Source: a virus
Lineage: Duplodnaviria; Heunggongvirae; Uroviricota; Caudoviricetes
Reading direction: 5' to 3' (one strand)
IMG/VR virus record: IMGVR_UViG_3300044295_000306
Length of the DNA: 64,000 nt
In this document: piece by piece, positions 39,231 through 49,562 of the stretch
Layout: each line of letters starts with the position of its first letter
Numbering within the stretch: position 1 is the first letter of the stretch
Notes under the pieces: generated by a model
Database searches by the model: none
Told to the model about the DNA's origin: nothing
The model's input: the letters and a program-made list of their open reading frames with translations, nothing else
Made by a program: the position numbers and the translations under genes

Positions 39231-41738
39231 TCATAAAACGATTATTCCTACATTGGATACGTTTGATGTGTATGCGGATGTTACTGAAATATTAGTATTA
39301 TTAATGATATTTGCAACAACGCGAATAACATTATTAACGGATATTGTACTTCCTGTTGATATAATACCCAGTGAATTAGCTATATTAAACTTGGTATTAG
39401 TTCCTGTCACATAAATTGAATTATTTGTCACACTTACAGTACCAGCAATAGTCTTTCTAACTGAAACATTAGAATATGAGCTATTACCCGAAACATTAGA
39501 ATCTATCAAATATCTACCAAATATTGAAAATCCTGATGGATGTGCAAGTGTTTTTAGTGTCTGTTTATATTGATCAAACTGTACTTTCGATTTAATCAGA
39601 TATGAAAAATCGTGATATATATTACCTTCTTGAATCCTAATAGCATTATCTGAAATAATACCATCAGATCCTCTATATCTACCTTTCAATACACTATACG
39701 AAGCTAATAAGCTTGCAGTTGCTTTAGCTGTTCCATCACCTTTTGCCGTCAAATCTAATGCTGGAGCATAACGATATCTTTCACCTTGTGAAAGAACAGA
39801 TAGTGATTTGATCTGACCCGGTTCTGTAGCTGAAGAAGTATCAAATTGTTCACCATCACCCATTAAACAACGAATAGTTAAATTGGCACCGGTACCCGAA
39901 ACAGATGTTATCGAAATGGTTGGGAAATTATTATTTGCATATCCTTGTCCACCAATAATATAAGTTCCATATTTGCCCACTTTCTTATTTGTACTGGTGC
40001 CGCTGAATGACACATTAACATTAACTCTTGTTGCTGATGAAATACTATTAATATATCGAGATTCACCATTAATCATAATTCTATCGCCAACCCTCAATTC
40101 GGTGTTGAATGCTGTACCAGTACCAACTACGAATATAGAACCATTAGTATTTGCTGTACCTGTAATTCTTGCTGGCTCAAAATCAACACGAACAATAGAA
40201 TTGGTATTGGATGTATTAACGGCGGCAACTCTACCTGCTGCACCTAGTCCAACTGATCCTACATGATTAGTAAATATGACTTCATCACCAACTGCATAAT
40301 TACTACCTGGATTGTTTATATCGATTCTACCCAAAATTCCCAATGGTATAAATGGTACATGAATAGAAGTATTAGCTACAGCATTTAATACAGGTTTTGT
40401 TGGGAAAAGAACATTAGATATCACTAAAACCGCATTGGAAATAGGTCCAACTGTGTATGTTACAGAGTTTAAAGTATTGGCCAATGTTGCTGCCATATTA
40501 GCTGTAGCATTGCCCACAAACACTGGCAGTCCTGATGATGTATTGACATATATGGTATTAGCGATGTTTATAGAAGCACTATTAGCTATAATATCGGTAA
40601 ATACTGTTAGAGTATTTGCTGAGTTTGCGCCAGATGTATCTGTGTTAGATACAATGGCTAAAAATGAAGCGTTAGATACTGCTGGTGCAAGAATTTCATC
40701 GGAGGTCATGAATCCTGCGCCACCAAACACAACACTAACATTATCAATAGTGCCTTGATAAACATCACCGACAACAACAACCGCTTCGGTACTAAATTCA
40801 CCGCCAGATAGTGTTACAGGATCACCAATATTATATGATGCGCCGCCAGAGGTCAATGATACTTCTAGAACGGATAATCCACTCATATAACATTGGATTA
40901 GTGTTTGATTATCGGGTGCAAGAATATTTGTATTTAAAAGTTCTGCGGTTACAAAGTTGCCTGATTTTGTTTTTTCGATAATAATCATTTCCAGGCATCT
41001 TTGTCCTTTGAAATAAGAATACTCTGCTCTTTCAATAATGGCATATGCGTCAGACAAAGTACCTTTTATTTCTCGGTTAGTCAATAAATCTGAATTAAAA
41101 TTATTATAATAAATCTTAATAACATCGCCGGAAGTTAAAATACCAGTATCAAATACAATCTTATAGTATTCTTTTAGGGTATTGAATCCTGTTGTAATTT
41201 GAACATCATTTTTATAAACGACAATATCTGAGTTTAGGCATTGTTGTGCGAGATAAAAAGTATTGCTTGTTGTGTAGGTATATTGTGAATATATTGTTGG
41301 TATAGCTCTTAATACGTTTTCGACAATCCATTTACCATCGGATGCTCTGAGAATACTGTTTCTTGGACTTAATAATTCGATATCTTTTCCATAGAGAAGA
41401 TTGAAAAGATATCGGAAAGAATTAGCACTACCTTTGGCCTTGTAGAGTGGCATTACGTTTTTAATAAGGAATGCAGAATCTACGTTATTATCTTTTGGAA
41501 ATAATGCCGCAAAATCATTAAAGAATTGATCTTGGAATGCGTCTATGGAAGTATCAACGTCTTTGATATAGCGAATATTTTTTGCTTGAGTGATCAGATC
41601 ATTATTTTCGCCGGTCTGTAGATTTTCAAGAAATTCGTAGTATGCTTCAAGAAAACGTACAAATAGTGGATAATCATCTTGGATAAAACCAGGAAGTTGT
41701 TTATTTACGACGAGTGATGTTTTATTATTGGTTGTCAT
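39231..41738 (-). CDS. gp7: Baseplate wedge initiator (gp7-like)
   Basis: QLPGFIQDDYPLFVRFLEAYYEFLE, LYKAKGSANSFRYLFNLLY, ILRASDGKW, YHDFSYLIKS, LAHPSGF. Confidence 0.8.
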   Translation of the reverse strand: MTTNNKTSLVVNKQLPGFIQDDYPLFVRFLEAYYEFLENLQTGENNDLITQAKNIRYIKDVDTSIDAFQDQFFNDFAALFPKDNNVDSAFLIKNVMPLYKAKGSANSFRYLFNLLYGKDIELLSPRNSILRASDGKWIVENVLRAIPTIYSQYTYTTSNTFYLAQQCLNSDIVVYKNDVQITTGFNTLKEYYKIVFDTGILTSGDVIKIYYNNFNSDLLTNREIKGTLSDAYAIIERAEYSYFKGQRCLEMIIIEKTKSGNFVTAELLNTNILAPDNQTLIQCYMSGLSVLEVSLTSGGASYNIGDPVTLSGGEFSTEAVVVVGDVYQGTIDNVSVVFGGAGFMTSDEILAPAVSNASFLAIVSNTDTSGANSANTLTVFTDIIANSASINIANTIYVNTSSGLPVFVGNATANMAATLANTLNSVTYTVGPISNAVLVISNVLFPTKPVLNAVANTSIHVPFIPLGILGRIDINNPGSNYAVGDEVIFTNHVGSVGLGAAGRVAAVNTSNTNSIVRVDFEPARITGTANTNGSIFVVGTGTAFNTELRVGDRIMINGESRYINSISSATRVNVNVSFSGTSTNKKVGKYGTYIIGGQGYANNNFPTISITSVSGTGANLTIRCLMGDGEQFDTSSATEPGQIKSLSVLSQGERYRYAPALDLTAKGDGTAKATASLLASYSVLKGRYRGSDGIISDNAIRIQEGNIYHDFSYLIKSKVQFDQYKQTLKTLAHPSGFSIFGRYLIDSNVSGNSSYSNVSVRKTIAGTVSVTNNSIYVTGTNTKFNIANSLGIISTGSTISVNNVIRVVANIINNTNISVTSAYTSNVSNVGIIVL

Positions 41739-43774
41739 TAAACTTCAGTAATGGATATTTCAATTGATGTTACATCATTTTCATCAATTGTTAGAATTTG
41801 ATTTTGTTGTGATTTCAAGAAATGTTCTGCTGATTCAATTGATATATTTAAATTACCATCGGAAGAAGTTGTATTTGCAATAGTTAGATTATTAATCTGG
41901 ATAATTCCGTTATCATAATCTATTATACCGGCTTCTGCATTAACAACTTGTTTTTGTTGATTTGAATCATAGTAGAATGTTTCTAAGATACCTGTTTTTG
42001 CTGTTATAATAGCGATGGCTGCTCCTGATGTGCCATTTCCAGAGATAGCTACTAATGCTCTGCTATATCCTATTCCTCTGTTTGTAACGGTTATTTTTTG
42101 TATTTTTCCGTTGACAATGGTAGCAACTGCTGTAGCTCCTGTGCCATCACCCGTTATTGTTACTGTAGGTGTTTCTGTATAGTTAAAGCCGGGATTGGTT
42201 ACTGTGATGCTTTCGATGCCTGTATATGAATTAGGTACTTCTGCTAGGGTTACCAATCTTGAAGTATTGCCGGAATCTAGAACGTAGAATTCATCGCTTG
42301 TTAATTGACTATCTATGCCGCCGCGAAGGAGTTTATTTTTATAATTTAGGGTATATGATCTTTTTGTGTTTAGTGTTGGTTCAAGTTTTTTATTTAATCT
42401 TACGTTTATGTCACAAGCTTGAAATGATTTATCAATAGCTAATATACTTTGTATTAGTGTGGATGTATTGAAGATGCCATCAAATTTATCCAAATCTGTA
42501 ACTTGATATGAATTTATCGCTGTTCTTATAGAATTGCTTAAAGAATCTAAAGATGAATTTGTTTTATTTTTATCATATTTAACTTCCACATTCAGATGGA
42601 GATAAACATAATCTGGATCAACAATCTCACTCTTTACAGAGAGAACAGATTTTGGAAAAATGATTTGATCAATGATTCTTTGTTTTTCAGTTTCAGAGAC
42701 ATAATATCCAGTTTTTGGTTTAATTGATATGAAAACTTTACCATAAACTTTAGGATTTTGTTCTTCACCTCCCCAAACAGCTATTGAAGATGCTTGTGGA
42801 TATTCTTTACTTAATAATGCTTTATAATCACTTGTTGTTATCAATCTGTTTTGTGCGGCGTATGTTAAAGGGGCATTATTTTTTATCGATGCTAATGTTT
42901 CTCTTTCATCGCCACCTGATGCATTAGAAATGGTAGTTACAGTGTAATTTGTGTATATTCCAATTGGCATTGCGCCGACAAATGCATTAGCTCCATTTGG
43001 TTCAGCACCATTATTAACAATGTAAGATACTGTTACGGTTGATCCATCTGGGATACTTTTCCCCACGTTATCTCCACCGAAATATATCTGAAAATAACCA
43101 CCTATTCCCTCTTGAAGATAATAAACGGGTGAAGTGGTTGATAATTCTGTTGCATCTGTTACGAGTGTATATGTTTCTGATGAAGTATTTGAGGAAACAT
43201 CTGTAACCAATACTTTAATTGTTGTTGTATCTATATTATTATCAGGAATCGTGAATACTTGTTTAGGATTTGAGTTATTATTTTGAACAAAAGAAATCGA
43301 TGTAAGATTTCCTTCGTAGATATCTACGCTATCAAAAATAAAACTAGTATTTGATTTGCTAACATTCAGACTATCTTTCACAATAAAATTATAAGATTTT
43401 CCATCAATTAGATTTGATAAAAAGGTTGTGCCCCGAGGTAATGTTAGTATATCTGGAGTTGTTGTACCGGAATCTATAGTGATTGTAACAGTTGCAATTG
43501 AACAGGATTTTGATTTAGGAATATAATTTAAATTTTTTGCATGTGATACTACAGAATCTCTTGTAACTGCGGTATCCAAAAATGCTTCATTAGCAACCAT
43601 GTTAAGATAGTATGCTTGATAATGTGTATTGTATGCAAGAATATCAAGCAGATAACTAAGACCAGCGCCGTCAAAGTTATAGTCTGTAAATTCACTCTGA
43701 CTTTGAAGATAATTTTTTAAATTAGTCTTGATTGTATCGAAATCAAGTTCTGTTATTCTTAATCTTTGCGTCAT
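41738..43774 (-). CDS. gp6: Baseplate wedge subunit gp6
   Basis: ELDFDTIKTNLKNYL, LLDILAYNTHY, AQNRLITTSDY, WGGEE..PK.YGKVFISIKP. Confidence 0.95.
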   Translation of the reverse strand: MTQRLRITELDFDTIKTNLKNYLQSQSEFTDYNFDGAGLSYLLDILAYNTHYQAYYLNMVANEAFLDTAVTRDSVVSHAKNLNYIPKSKSCSIATVTITIDSGTTTPDILTLPRGTTFLSNLIDGKSYNFIVKDSLNVSKSNTSFIFDSVDIYEGNLTSISFVQNNNSNPKQVFTIPDNNIDTTTIKVLVTDVSSNTSSETYTLVTDATELSTTSPVYYLQEGIGGYFQIYFGGDNVGKSIPDGSTVTVSYIVNNGAEPNGANAFVGAMPIGIYTNYTVTTISNASGGDERETLASIKNNAPLTYAAQNRLITTSDYKALLSKEYPQASSIAVWGGEEQNPKVYGKVFISIKPKTGYYVSETEKQRIIDQIIFPKSVLSVKSEIVDPDYVYLHLNVEVKYDKNKTNSSLDSLSNSIRTAINSYQVTDLDKFDGIFNTSTLIQSILAIDKSFQACDINVRLNKKLEPTLNTKRSYTLNYKNKLLRGGIDSQLTSDEFYVLDSGNTSRLVTLAEVPNSYTGIESITVTNPGFNYTETPTVTITGDGTGATAVATIVNGKIQKITVTNRGIGYSRALVAISGNGTSGAAIAIITAKTGILETFYYDSNQQKQVVNAEAGIIDYDNGIIQINNLTIANTTSSDGNLNISIESAEHFLKSQQNQILTIDENDVTSIEISITEV

Positions 43775-44178
43775 TATCGCAATCTTTCTAATTGAAATGA
43801 AATGGTTACTGGATCTGTTAAGTTGACAATCTGAATTGTCATTTTCACTTGATATCCACTTTCTTCATAATTAGGTATTAGAGTTATATCTAAAACATCA
43901 GCGCGAGGTTCAAAATTTGATATAGTATCGGTTATTTCTCGTTGGATTAATCCTGCTGTAATCATATCAATAGGCTCAAAAAGCAATTTCCTCACATTTG
44001 AACCTATATCAGGATTAAATGGTTTCTCATAATGATTAGTCAAAATAAGATTTTTAATGGAATTAATAACAGCCATAGGTCCGACATTTTTATTAATGTC
44101 TTTTTTGACTGGATGAACAATAAAGTTCAAATCCAAATCTTTATAATCTCTAACTTTGTCTAATTGAACTGTAATCAT
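43774..44178 (-). CDS. gp25: Baseplate wedge subunit gp25
   Basis: YKDLDLNF..HP, SIKNLILTNHYEKPFNPDIGS, FEPRA. Confidence 0.93.
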   Translation of the reverse strand: MITVQLDKVRDYKDLDLNFIVHPVKKDINKNVGPMAVINSIKNLILTNHYEKPFNPDIGSNVRKLLFEPIDMITAGLIQREITDTISNFEPRADVLDITLIPNYEESGYQVKMTIQIVNLTDPVTISFQLERLR

Positions 44179-44182
44179 CTCT

Positions 44183-44190
44183 TATTTATG
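44183..44190 (-). promoter_or_regulatory. Late promoter variant CATAAATA upstream of gp25
   Basis: One mismatch to consensus; overlaps upstream stop. Confidence 0.55.
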
Positions 44191-44887
44191 CTGTGTTTGC
44201 TGTAGGATCTGTTACACCTGAGGGTAAAGAAATTCCAGCAGATTTGAAAGAATTAACTGCATCAGTTAACGTATTTGCTGTTGGTAATGAATTAGAACTA
44301 ATATTTGATATTGTATCATTTATAGATCCCACAACACTATCTTTTATTGTTTTTAATTGTGATGTTGGATTCAAGCTAGATACTTTATTTAATGCATCTT
44401 GTATTACACTCAAACCTTGGGTTTGAAGTTGTGTCAATTGTGCTAATTGGGCAATTGAAGTAAAATAAGGTTTAATATATGGTCCAAGAAAAGTTGATAT
44501 AAAATTCTTAATCCAAGTTATAACTTGTGTTATATTAGACGGTCCTTGTAATAAAGAGAGAAAAGGAGCTAATTCAGATATCTTTGCTGAAATAGCACTT
44601 TGCATAGTGGCCATTTGATCCGTATATTCTTTTATCGCATTTTTTAATTCGTTCAAATTTTCAGAATCATTTAAATTCAGATTTGATGCTTTTTTAATTC
44701 TATCCAATAAAGCAGTTATATTACCTGTAGGCAATAAATTTGTTCCAGTAGGTATTGAAAATTGTGGCAATGAACTTCGCAAATTTTCAATAGAAGAATT
44801 TGTTACTTTCAATAATTCTTCAGCACTAGCTTTAGCTTCTTCAGCTTTGGCTTGCACATCTTTTATAATTTTTGTTGTATCATCCAT
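44186..44887 (-). CDS. Hypothetical helical protein between gp5 and gp25
   Basis: ORF track; amphipathic helices, WIKNFISTFLGPY segment. Confidence 0.7.
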   Translation of the reverse strand: MDDTTKIIKDVQAKAEEAKASAEELLKVTNSSIENLRSSLPQFSIPTGTNLLPTGNITALLDRIKKASNLNLNDSENLNELKNAIKEYTDQMATMQSAISAKISELAPFLSLLQGPSNITQVITWIKNFISTFLGPYIKPYFTSIAQLAQLTQLQTQGLSVIQDALNKVSSLNPTSQLKTIKDSVVGSINDTISNISSNSLPTANTLTDAVNSFKSAGISLPSGVTDPTANTA

Positions 44888-44890
44888 AAA

Positions 44891-45868
44891 TTAAAATATA
44901 TTAGTAATAATACCTTTTTCTATAGTAACAACTTGACCTGTTGATGTTGTTATAGTACCACTAGCAGCATCAGTAACACCAAAAGATGAACCAGTAGGAA
45001 CTTCAACAACAGCAGCTTGTAATATGACTCTAGCTGGAGAACTTATTTTTATATTACCGTCCTTTATTTCAATACCGGATTTACCTGTCTTATCATTCAA
45101 TGATACAACGGTACCAGCAATATTAAAATTTCCATTAACTTTGACATTAACATCACCCTCAACATAAACATTATCATTACCTATAACTACGGTAAATTTA
45201 TCTTTCTGAATTCTTTCCACTCTAGTACCATCGGCTTGATATTCTGTGTAAGAACCTGAACGATGATAAAAATGCAGTCTTTCTGCACCCGGAGTATCGT
45301 CTATCTCAATAGCATGTCCTGATTCAGATTCATATACATTATTATAAGGTGGAACAGCAGCATAACCTGATGCCGGTTCTTGATCAATTTTTCGAGCAGC
45401 TTTTAGAGCGTTGATAGATTTATCGTTTGATTCATTTCTATACAGTCTAGATGAAGTAGGTTCATCTAGATTTCTAGGATAATTTGTGGCTGATTCATTG
45501 GGTTTAACTGGTGCAGCATTTAGTTGTTCTTGTGTTCTACCATCATTAAATCCACTATTAGGAATAGCAGCATTTAGTGGTATGGATGGAAATACGCCCA
45601 AAATGACTGGTTGTTGAGCATTTTTCCCATCAATAAACATTCCAAATACTTGATCAGATTCTTTCGGAGCATAAGGATTACTATTATTTACAGGTAATAA
45701 TGATTGAGCCCAAGGCAAACTTGATGTTGGAAGTTCATTTTTATTATTTGTATGTCTACCGAGAATACGAACACGAACTCTTCCTAAATTTAAAGGATCT
45801 TGTCTATCCTCAACAATACCAACAAACCATTCCGGATTAATGGAACTTTCTTTAAACTGTTTATCCAT
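44891..45868 (-). CDS. gp5: Baseplate hub/central spike gp5 (OB-fold plus beta-helix, no lysozyme domain)
   Basis: WFVGIVEDRQDPLNLGRVRVRI.G.H, LPWAQ, ESESGH.IEIDDTPGAERLH.YHRSGSY.E. Confidence 0.93.
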   Translation of the reverse strand: MDKQFKESSINPEWFVGIVEDRQDPLNLGRVRVRILGRHTNNKNELPTSSLPWAQSLLPVNNSNPYAPKESDQVFGMFIDGKNAQQPVILGVFPSIPLNAAIPNSGFNDGRTQEQLNAAPVKPNESATNYPRNLDEPTSSRLYRNESNDKSINALKAARKIDQEPASGYAAVPPYNNVYESESGHAIEIDDTPGAERLHFYHRSGSYTEYQADGTRVERIQKDKFTVVIGNDNVYVEGDVNVKVNGNFNIAGTVVSLNDKTGKSGIEIKDGNIKISSPARVILQAAVVEVPTGSSFGVTDAASGTITTSTGQVVTIEKGIITNIF

Positions 45869-47207
45869 TCATCGCTTCTCTTTGTGCATTACTTGTACCT
45901 GCGATTATCGGTTGTTGACTATAAGCAGATCCAACATTAATTATTGTTGAATGTTTTTCGTATGTTATTATATGTCTCGTATCAGTAATCAAATATTTAC
46001 CAGCTAAACTTGCGTCTATGTTATCACTTTTCATGTCTTTGAAAGAATAATCTGGATATTGTAAATCAACTTTTGTGCCAGCGGCTAGAGTAAAATTGCC
46101 GGGTAAAACACAAGTTATCTGTTTCATCATCAATGAATAGATTATAGCTTTTCTCTGTGCAATAATCTTTTCCATACCTTCAGGTTTAAAATATGGCATT
46201 CTTTTCTTGATATATGAACTACCCGTTGAAAGAGAGTCAGTATGTCTTAATATAACATGACTATCATATAAATTTATATTAGATATTCCATCTCTATCTG
46301 TTGATAAACTAAAATTTAAACTTTCTACATCATCAATAGGCTTCATATTACCTAAAGTATCTGCAATATTCTTTTGATATACTCCATAACTATTTGTTAA
46401 CGTATCAAAAGCTAGAAAACTACTGGCATCAATACCTTTTGACACTCTATTCAATATATTTACTTGTTCGGTAACTGTACTTGATTGAACACCAAGTATA
46501 CCTTGTCCTTTTTCACCATTTCTTGAACCTGCCACATTTTTGGGTCTAAAGTTTAAAGGAATTGCAATAGGATTACTATTTAATGATGATAATGAAACAA
46601 AATTAAATCCATTTACATTCTCAAAAAATAAAAATGATGGATTCTGATCAATATCTAAAGCCCTATTCTGACACCATAATATAGCTGTTATTGGTTTATA
46701 ATTAGGAATAACTATATCATTCAATCCTAAAGATGATTCAAAAACACCGCCCATTTTTTCTTCAGACACATTTAATTTATTCATTAATATGTCAATTACA
46801 ACATCAGAATAAAGTCCTGAATAGGATTTGTTAATTTTCATCTGTTCAGATAATATGAATTCTTCGGATGCAAAATTAAGAATATAAACTTCACTAGATT
46901 GACCTATATTTTTTCTATCTGTTACGGAGTATATTCTAAAAGTCTTTTTTAAAGAAGCGAAATCACTACCAGTTTTAGAAATGTCTATATTAATATACTC
47001 TGTTCCATCAAAGTTGATTTTACTAAGCAATCCGACAGAATCACGCATCATTATTTGTCCAGTCATAACAGGACTGAAAAAACTTTCATATATGTCTAAT
47101 TCTGTAAATAGATTTTGAATAGAATATGGTTTGTCTAACACTTTACTTACTATTGACAAATCATTTATTACAAAATCAGTGGACTGTCTAATTGTTTCTA
47201 TTGACAT
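45861..47207 (-). CDS. Baseplate hub protein (gp27-like position between gp53 and gp5)
   Basis: LDIYESFFSPVMTGQI.MRDS, FLFFEN..GFNF.SL, LPGNF.L.AG, GKYLITD.RH. Confidence 0.75.
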   Translation of the reverse strand: MSIETIRQSTDFVINDLSIVSKVLDKPYSIQNLFTELDIYESFFSPVMTGQIMMRDSVGLLSKINFDGTEYINIDISKTGSDFASLKKTFRIYSVTDRKNIGQSSEVYILNFASEEFILSEQMKINKSYSGLYSDVVIDILMNKLNVSEEKMGGVFESSLGLNDIVIPNYKPITAILWCQNRALDIDQNPSFLFFENVNGFNFVSLSSLNSNPIAIPLNFRPKNVAGSRNGEKGQGILGVQSSTVTEQVNILNRVSKGIDASSFLAFDTLTNSYGVYQKNIADTLGNMKPIDDVESLNFSLSTDRDGISNINLYDSHVILRHTDSLSTGSSYIKKRMPYFKPEGMEKIIAQRKAIIYSLMMKQITCVLPGNFTLAAGTKVDLQYPDYSFKDMKSDNIDASLAGKYLITDTRHIITYEKHSTIINVGSAYSQQPIIAGTSNAQREAMNG

Positions 47208-47824
47208 TATGCTTTAGCTGCTAATTTTTTAAATTCTTGTTCGGCTGGTTGAACAAATTCAGTTTTCAATATCTTTATATTTTTCTTTGAATCATTCAAA
47301 TCAACTTCATAATCATAATATGATTGCGTATTTTTAGATACCTCGACAACAATAGAATTGCCATCAGCTAATGTGTATGATGATGTACTGGTAATAACAT
47401 TAGCATATGTATTAGCATCTACAATAATGGTATCCGTTTGTACTGTGCCAGAATAATTGTCTGTTCGTGTAGTAATTTGTTGATAATTTTTCACATGACT
47501 CTGGGCCCATGATATAGATCCATATTTATTCTCAATATAATCATTCAAAACAGACTGCTGCATCGGCCAATCAAATAAAGGATCAATAATATCATTGAAT
47601 AAAAGAATGATCCAATGTCTTTCAGGAGAATCATATAATTTACTTGCTAATATTTCCGGTGTATCACCATCTTGAATAACATATTCATAATAAGCTGCTG
47701 TATTAGTTTTTAAAGCATCTTGAAATATGAATCGAAAATTTAAATTAGTAATAAGATCCAAACTATTTGGAACATCACTTAACGTATAGAGTGTTTGTGG
47801 AAAATAACCGAAGAAATTTGCCAT
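47207..47824 (-). CDS. gp53: Baseplate wedge protein gp53 (LysM-like)
   Basis: FFGYFP, IQDGDTPEILA.KLY, HWIILLFNDIIDP.FDWP, YDYEVDLNDSKKNIK. Confidence 0.93.
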   Translation of the reverse strand: MANFFGYFPQTLYTLSDVPNSLDLITNLNFRFIFQDALKTNTAAYYEYVIQDGDTPEILASKLYDSPERHWIILLFNDIIDPLFDWPMQQSVLNDYIENKYGSISWAQSHVKNYQQITTRTDNYSGTVQTDTIIVDANTYANVITSTSSYTLADGNSIVVEVSKNTQSYYDYEVDLNDSKKNIKILKTEFVQPAEQEFKKLAAKA

Positions 47825-49083
47825 TAGTAAGATCCTGATCCGCTAACATTTATACCACCTATATCTGAAGCTAAATATTCTTTTGTAATAATTTGTGTTT
47901 CTGTAAATTGAAGTGATAATCTTATAGAAACTGGCATACCAGTACCACCAATCTTAGGTTCTTGATCATCTGATATTTCAAACGCTGCCCAACCATCCGG
48001 TGAATAATTTGCACTAATATTTGTTAATACACAAGTAGATATTTTAGGTATATTAGGATTGTTTTTACCGTTATAAAAAAACTGAATATCAAATTCTGAT
48101 GGAGGCACTAAAAATCTACCAGATACGTTTGCAAGTATTTCTGGCGCTGCGTGAAATTTAAATAAACGAACAATTTCCATTATATCTTGAGCTTCTTTTT
48201 GAGAGCGAGGAGTTAATGAAAAATCAAACGAGAATGTTCTTCTTGACGTAGATTGAAATAATAGTTCTAATTGTGGATTAGGTACATTTCCAGTGAATGC
48301 TGTAAACATAGCTCCAGCATTTCCACCAGTTAATCCGGCAAGTTTTGATGTAGCAACTTCAGCTAAAAATGGAGACAAATTTCTAATTTTATCAGAAACA
48401 GTTCCTGTTTTATTATATTCCTCTAAACCCGAATTCATAGCTTGTGCTACTTGTGTTGCAGTCTGTCCAAAAGCTTCACCCACTGAAATATCATTAAAAT
48501 TATGACCGTAATTAAATTGTAATGTGTCAGGCATATAAAGTGCTATAGCTGATGTAGTTCTTTTTGTTGATCTGAAGAAATTTTGTTCAGCAAATTGAAT
48601 GCCTTTTGATCCTTCTTCCGCTATAGTTTTTACAGCCGACATTCCTCCACTAATGATACTGGCACCAGGTATATGACTTAAAAAGTTGCCAGCTAATTGT
48701 CCTACCGAAGAATTTCCTACTTTACTTGCGAAATTTGTAACCGAATCCGATACCGATGTTATTGCGTTGCCAATAGCTGTTTCTGAAAAAGCTTCTCTTA
48801 AATTACCAAGTCCAGCAGTCGATGTGCCAGCACCTCTTAAACTATCAATAGATTGTCTGTTGATGGCCACCTGTGTTGCATTTGTTGCCAGTTCAGTTTT
48901 AAATTGTGTTTTCTCTTGCTCATTAATATAAAAAACCATGTAGTGTAAGTATTGTGGATCTGATCCTAAAACAGACGGAAATCTTTTAAGTTCTTGAGAA
49001 TATTGAGAATCAACAAGTTCTTTTTTAGAAGTTGTTGATTTTTTAGGTTTAATTTTTACGTCTGTAAGTGTGAAAATCGACAT
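47824..49083 (-). CDS. gp48: Baseplate tail-tube cap gp48
   Basis: IALYMPD, NPQLELLFQS..RRTFSFDF.L.PRS..EA, PPSEFDI, STCVLTNI..NY.PDG, LQFTET. Confidence 0.9.
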   Translation of the reverse strand: MSIFTLTDVKIKPKKSTTSKKELVDSQYSQELKRFPSVLGSDPQYLHYMVFYINEQEKTQFKTELATNATQVAINRQSIDSLRGAGTSTAGLGNLREAFSETAIGNAITSVSDSVTNFASKVGNSSVGQLAGNFLSHIPGASIISGGMSAVKTIAEEGSKGIQFAEQNFFRSTKRTTSAIALYMPDTLQFNYGHNFNDISVGEAFGQTATQVAQAMNSGLEEYNKTGTVSDKIRNLSPFLAEVATSKLAGLTGGNAGAMFTAFTGNVPNPQLELLFQSTSRRTFSFDFSLTPRSQKEAQDIMEIVRLFKFHAAPEILANVSGRFLVPPSEFDIQFFYNGKNNPNIPKISTCVLTNISANYSPDGWAAFEISDDQEPKIGGTGMPVSIRLSLQFTETQIITKEYLASDIGGINVSGSGSY

Positions 49084-49108
49084 TATTCAATTTCCTTGAA
49101 ATATATAA

Positions 49109-49116
49109 TATTTATA
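49109..49116 (-). promoter_or_regulatory. T4 late promoter TATAAATA for the gp48 operon, overlapping the gp4 start in a 32-bp divergent spacer
   Basis: Exact consensus on the minus strand. Confidence 0.8.
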
Positions 49117-49547
49117 TGACTTATCACGGTAAATTCCATCCTCAAAACCCTAAAAAATACAAAGGCAATGCATCGAACATTGTTTTTAGATCGTCTTGGG
49201 AACTTCGTGTCATGAAATATCTCGACACAAACACATCCATAATCTGGTGGGCATCAGAAGAATTACCAATTCCATACTATTCTCCAGTCGATAAAAAAGT
49301 ACACAGATACTTTCCAGACTTTATAGTGCGTGTAAAAACCCGCGATGGCACAGAAAAAACATATATTCTTGAAGTAAAACCTGAAGCACAAACAACTTTA
49401 AGAGAACCAAAAAGAAAAACAAAACGATTTATAACTGAAGCAATGACTTACGCAATAAATCAGGCCAAATGGAAAGCAGCAACAGAATTCTGTCTGGATC
49501 ATGGCTGGACGTTCAAAGTTATAACTGAAAAGAATTTAGGTTTATAG
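49116..49547 (+). CDS. gp4: Head completion nuclease gp4 (TnsA-like)
   Basis: GKF.P.NP.KY.G...IVFRSSWE, WASEE..IPY, HRYFPDF, EVKP, NQAKW.AA. Confidence 0.93.
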   Translation: MTYHGKFHPQNPKKYKGNASNIVFRSSWELRVMKYLDTNTSIIWWASEELPIPYYSPVDKKVHRYFPDFIVRVKTRDGTEKTYILEVKPEAQTTLREPKRKTKRFITEAMTYAINQAKWKAATEFCLDHGWTFKVITEKNLGL

Positions 49548-49550
49548 TAA

Positions 49551-49558
49551 GATAAATA
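49551..49558 (+). promoter_or_regulatory. Late promoter variant GATAAATA upstream of gp2
   Basis: One mismatch to consensus, 4 nt before ATG. Confidence 0.55.
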
Positions 49559-49562
49559 TAAT

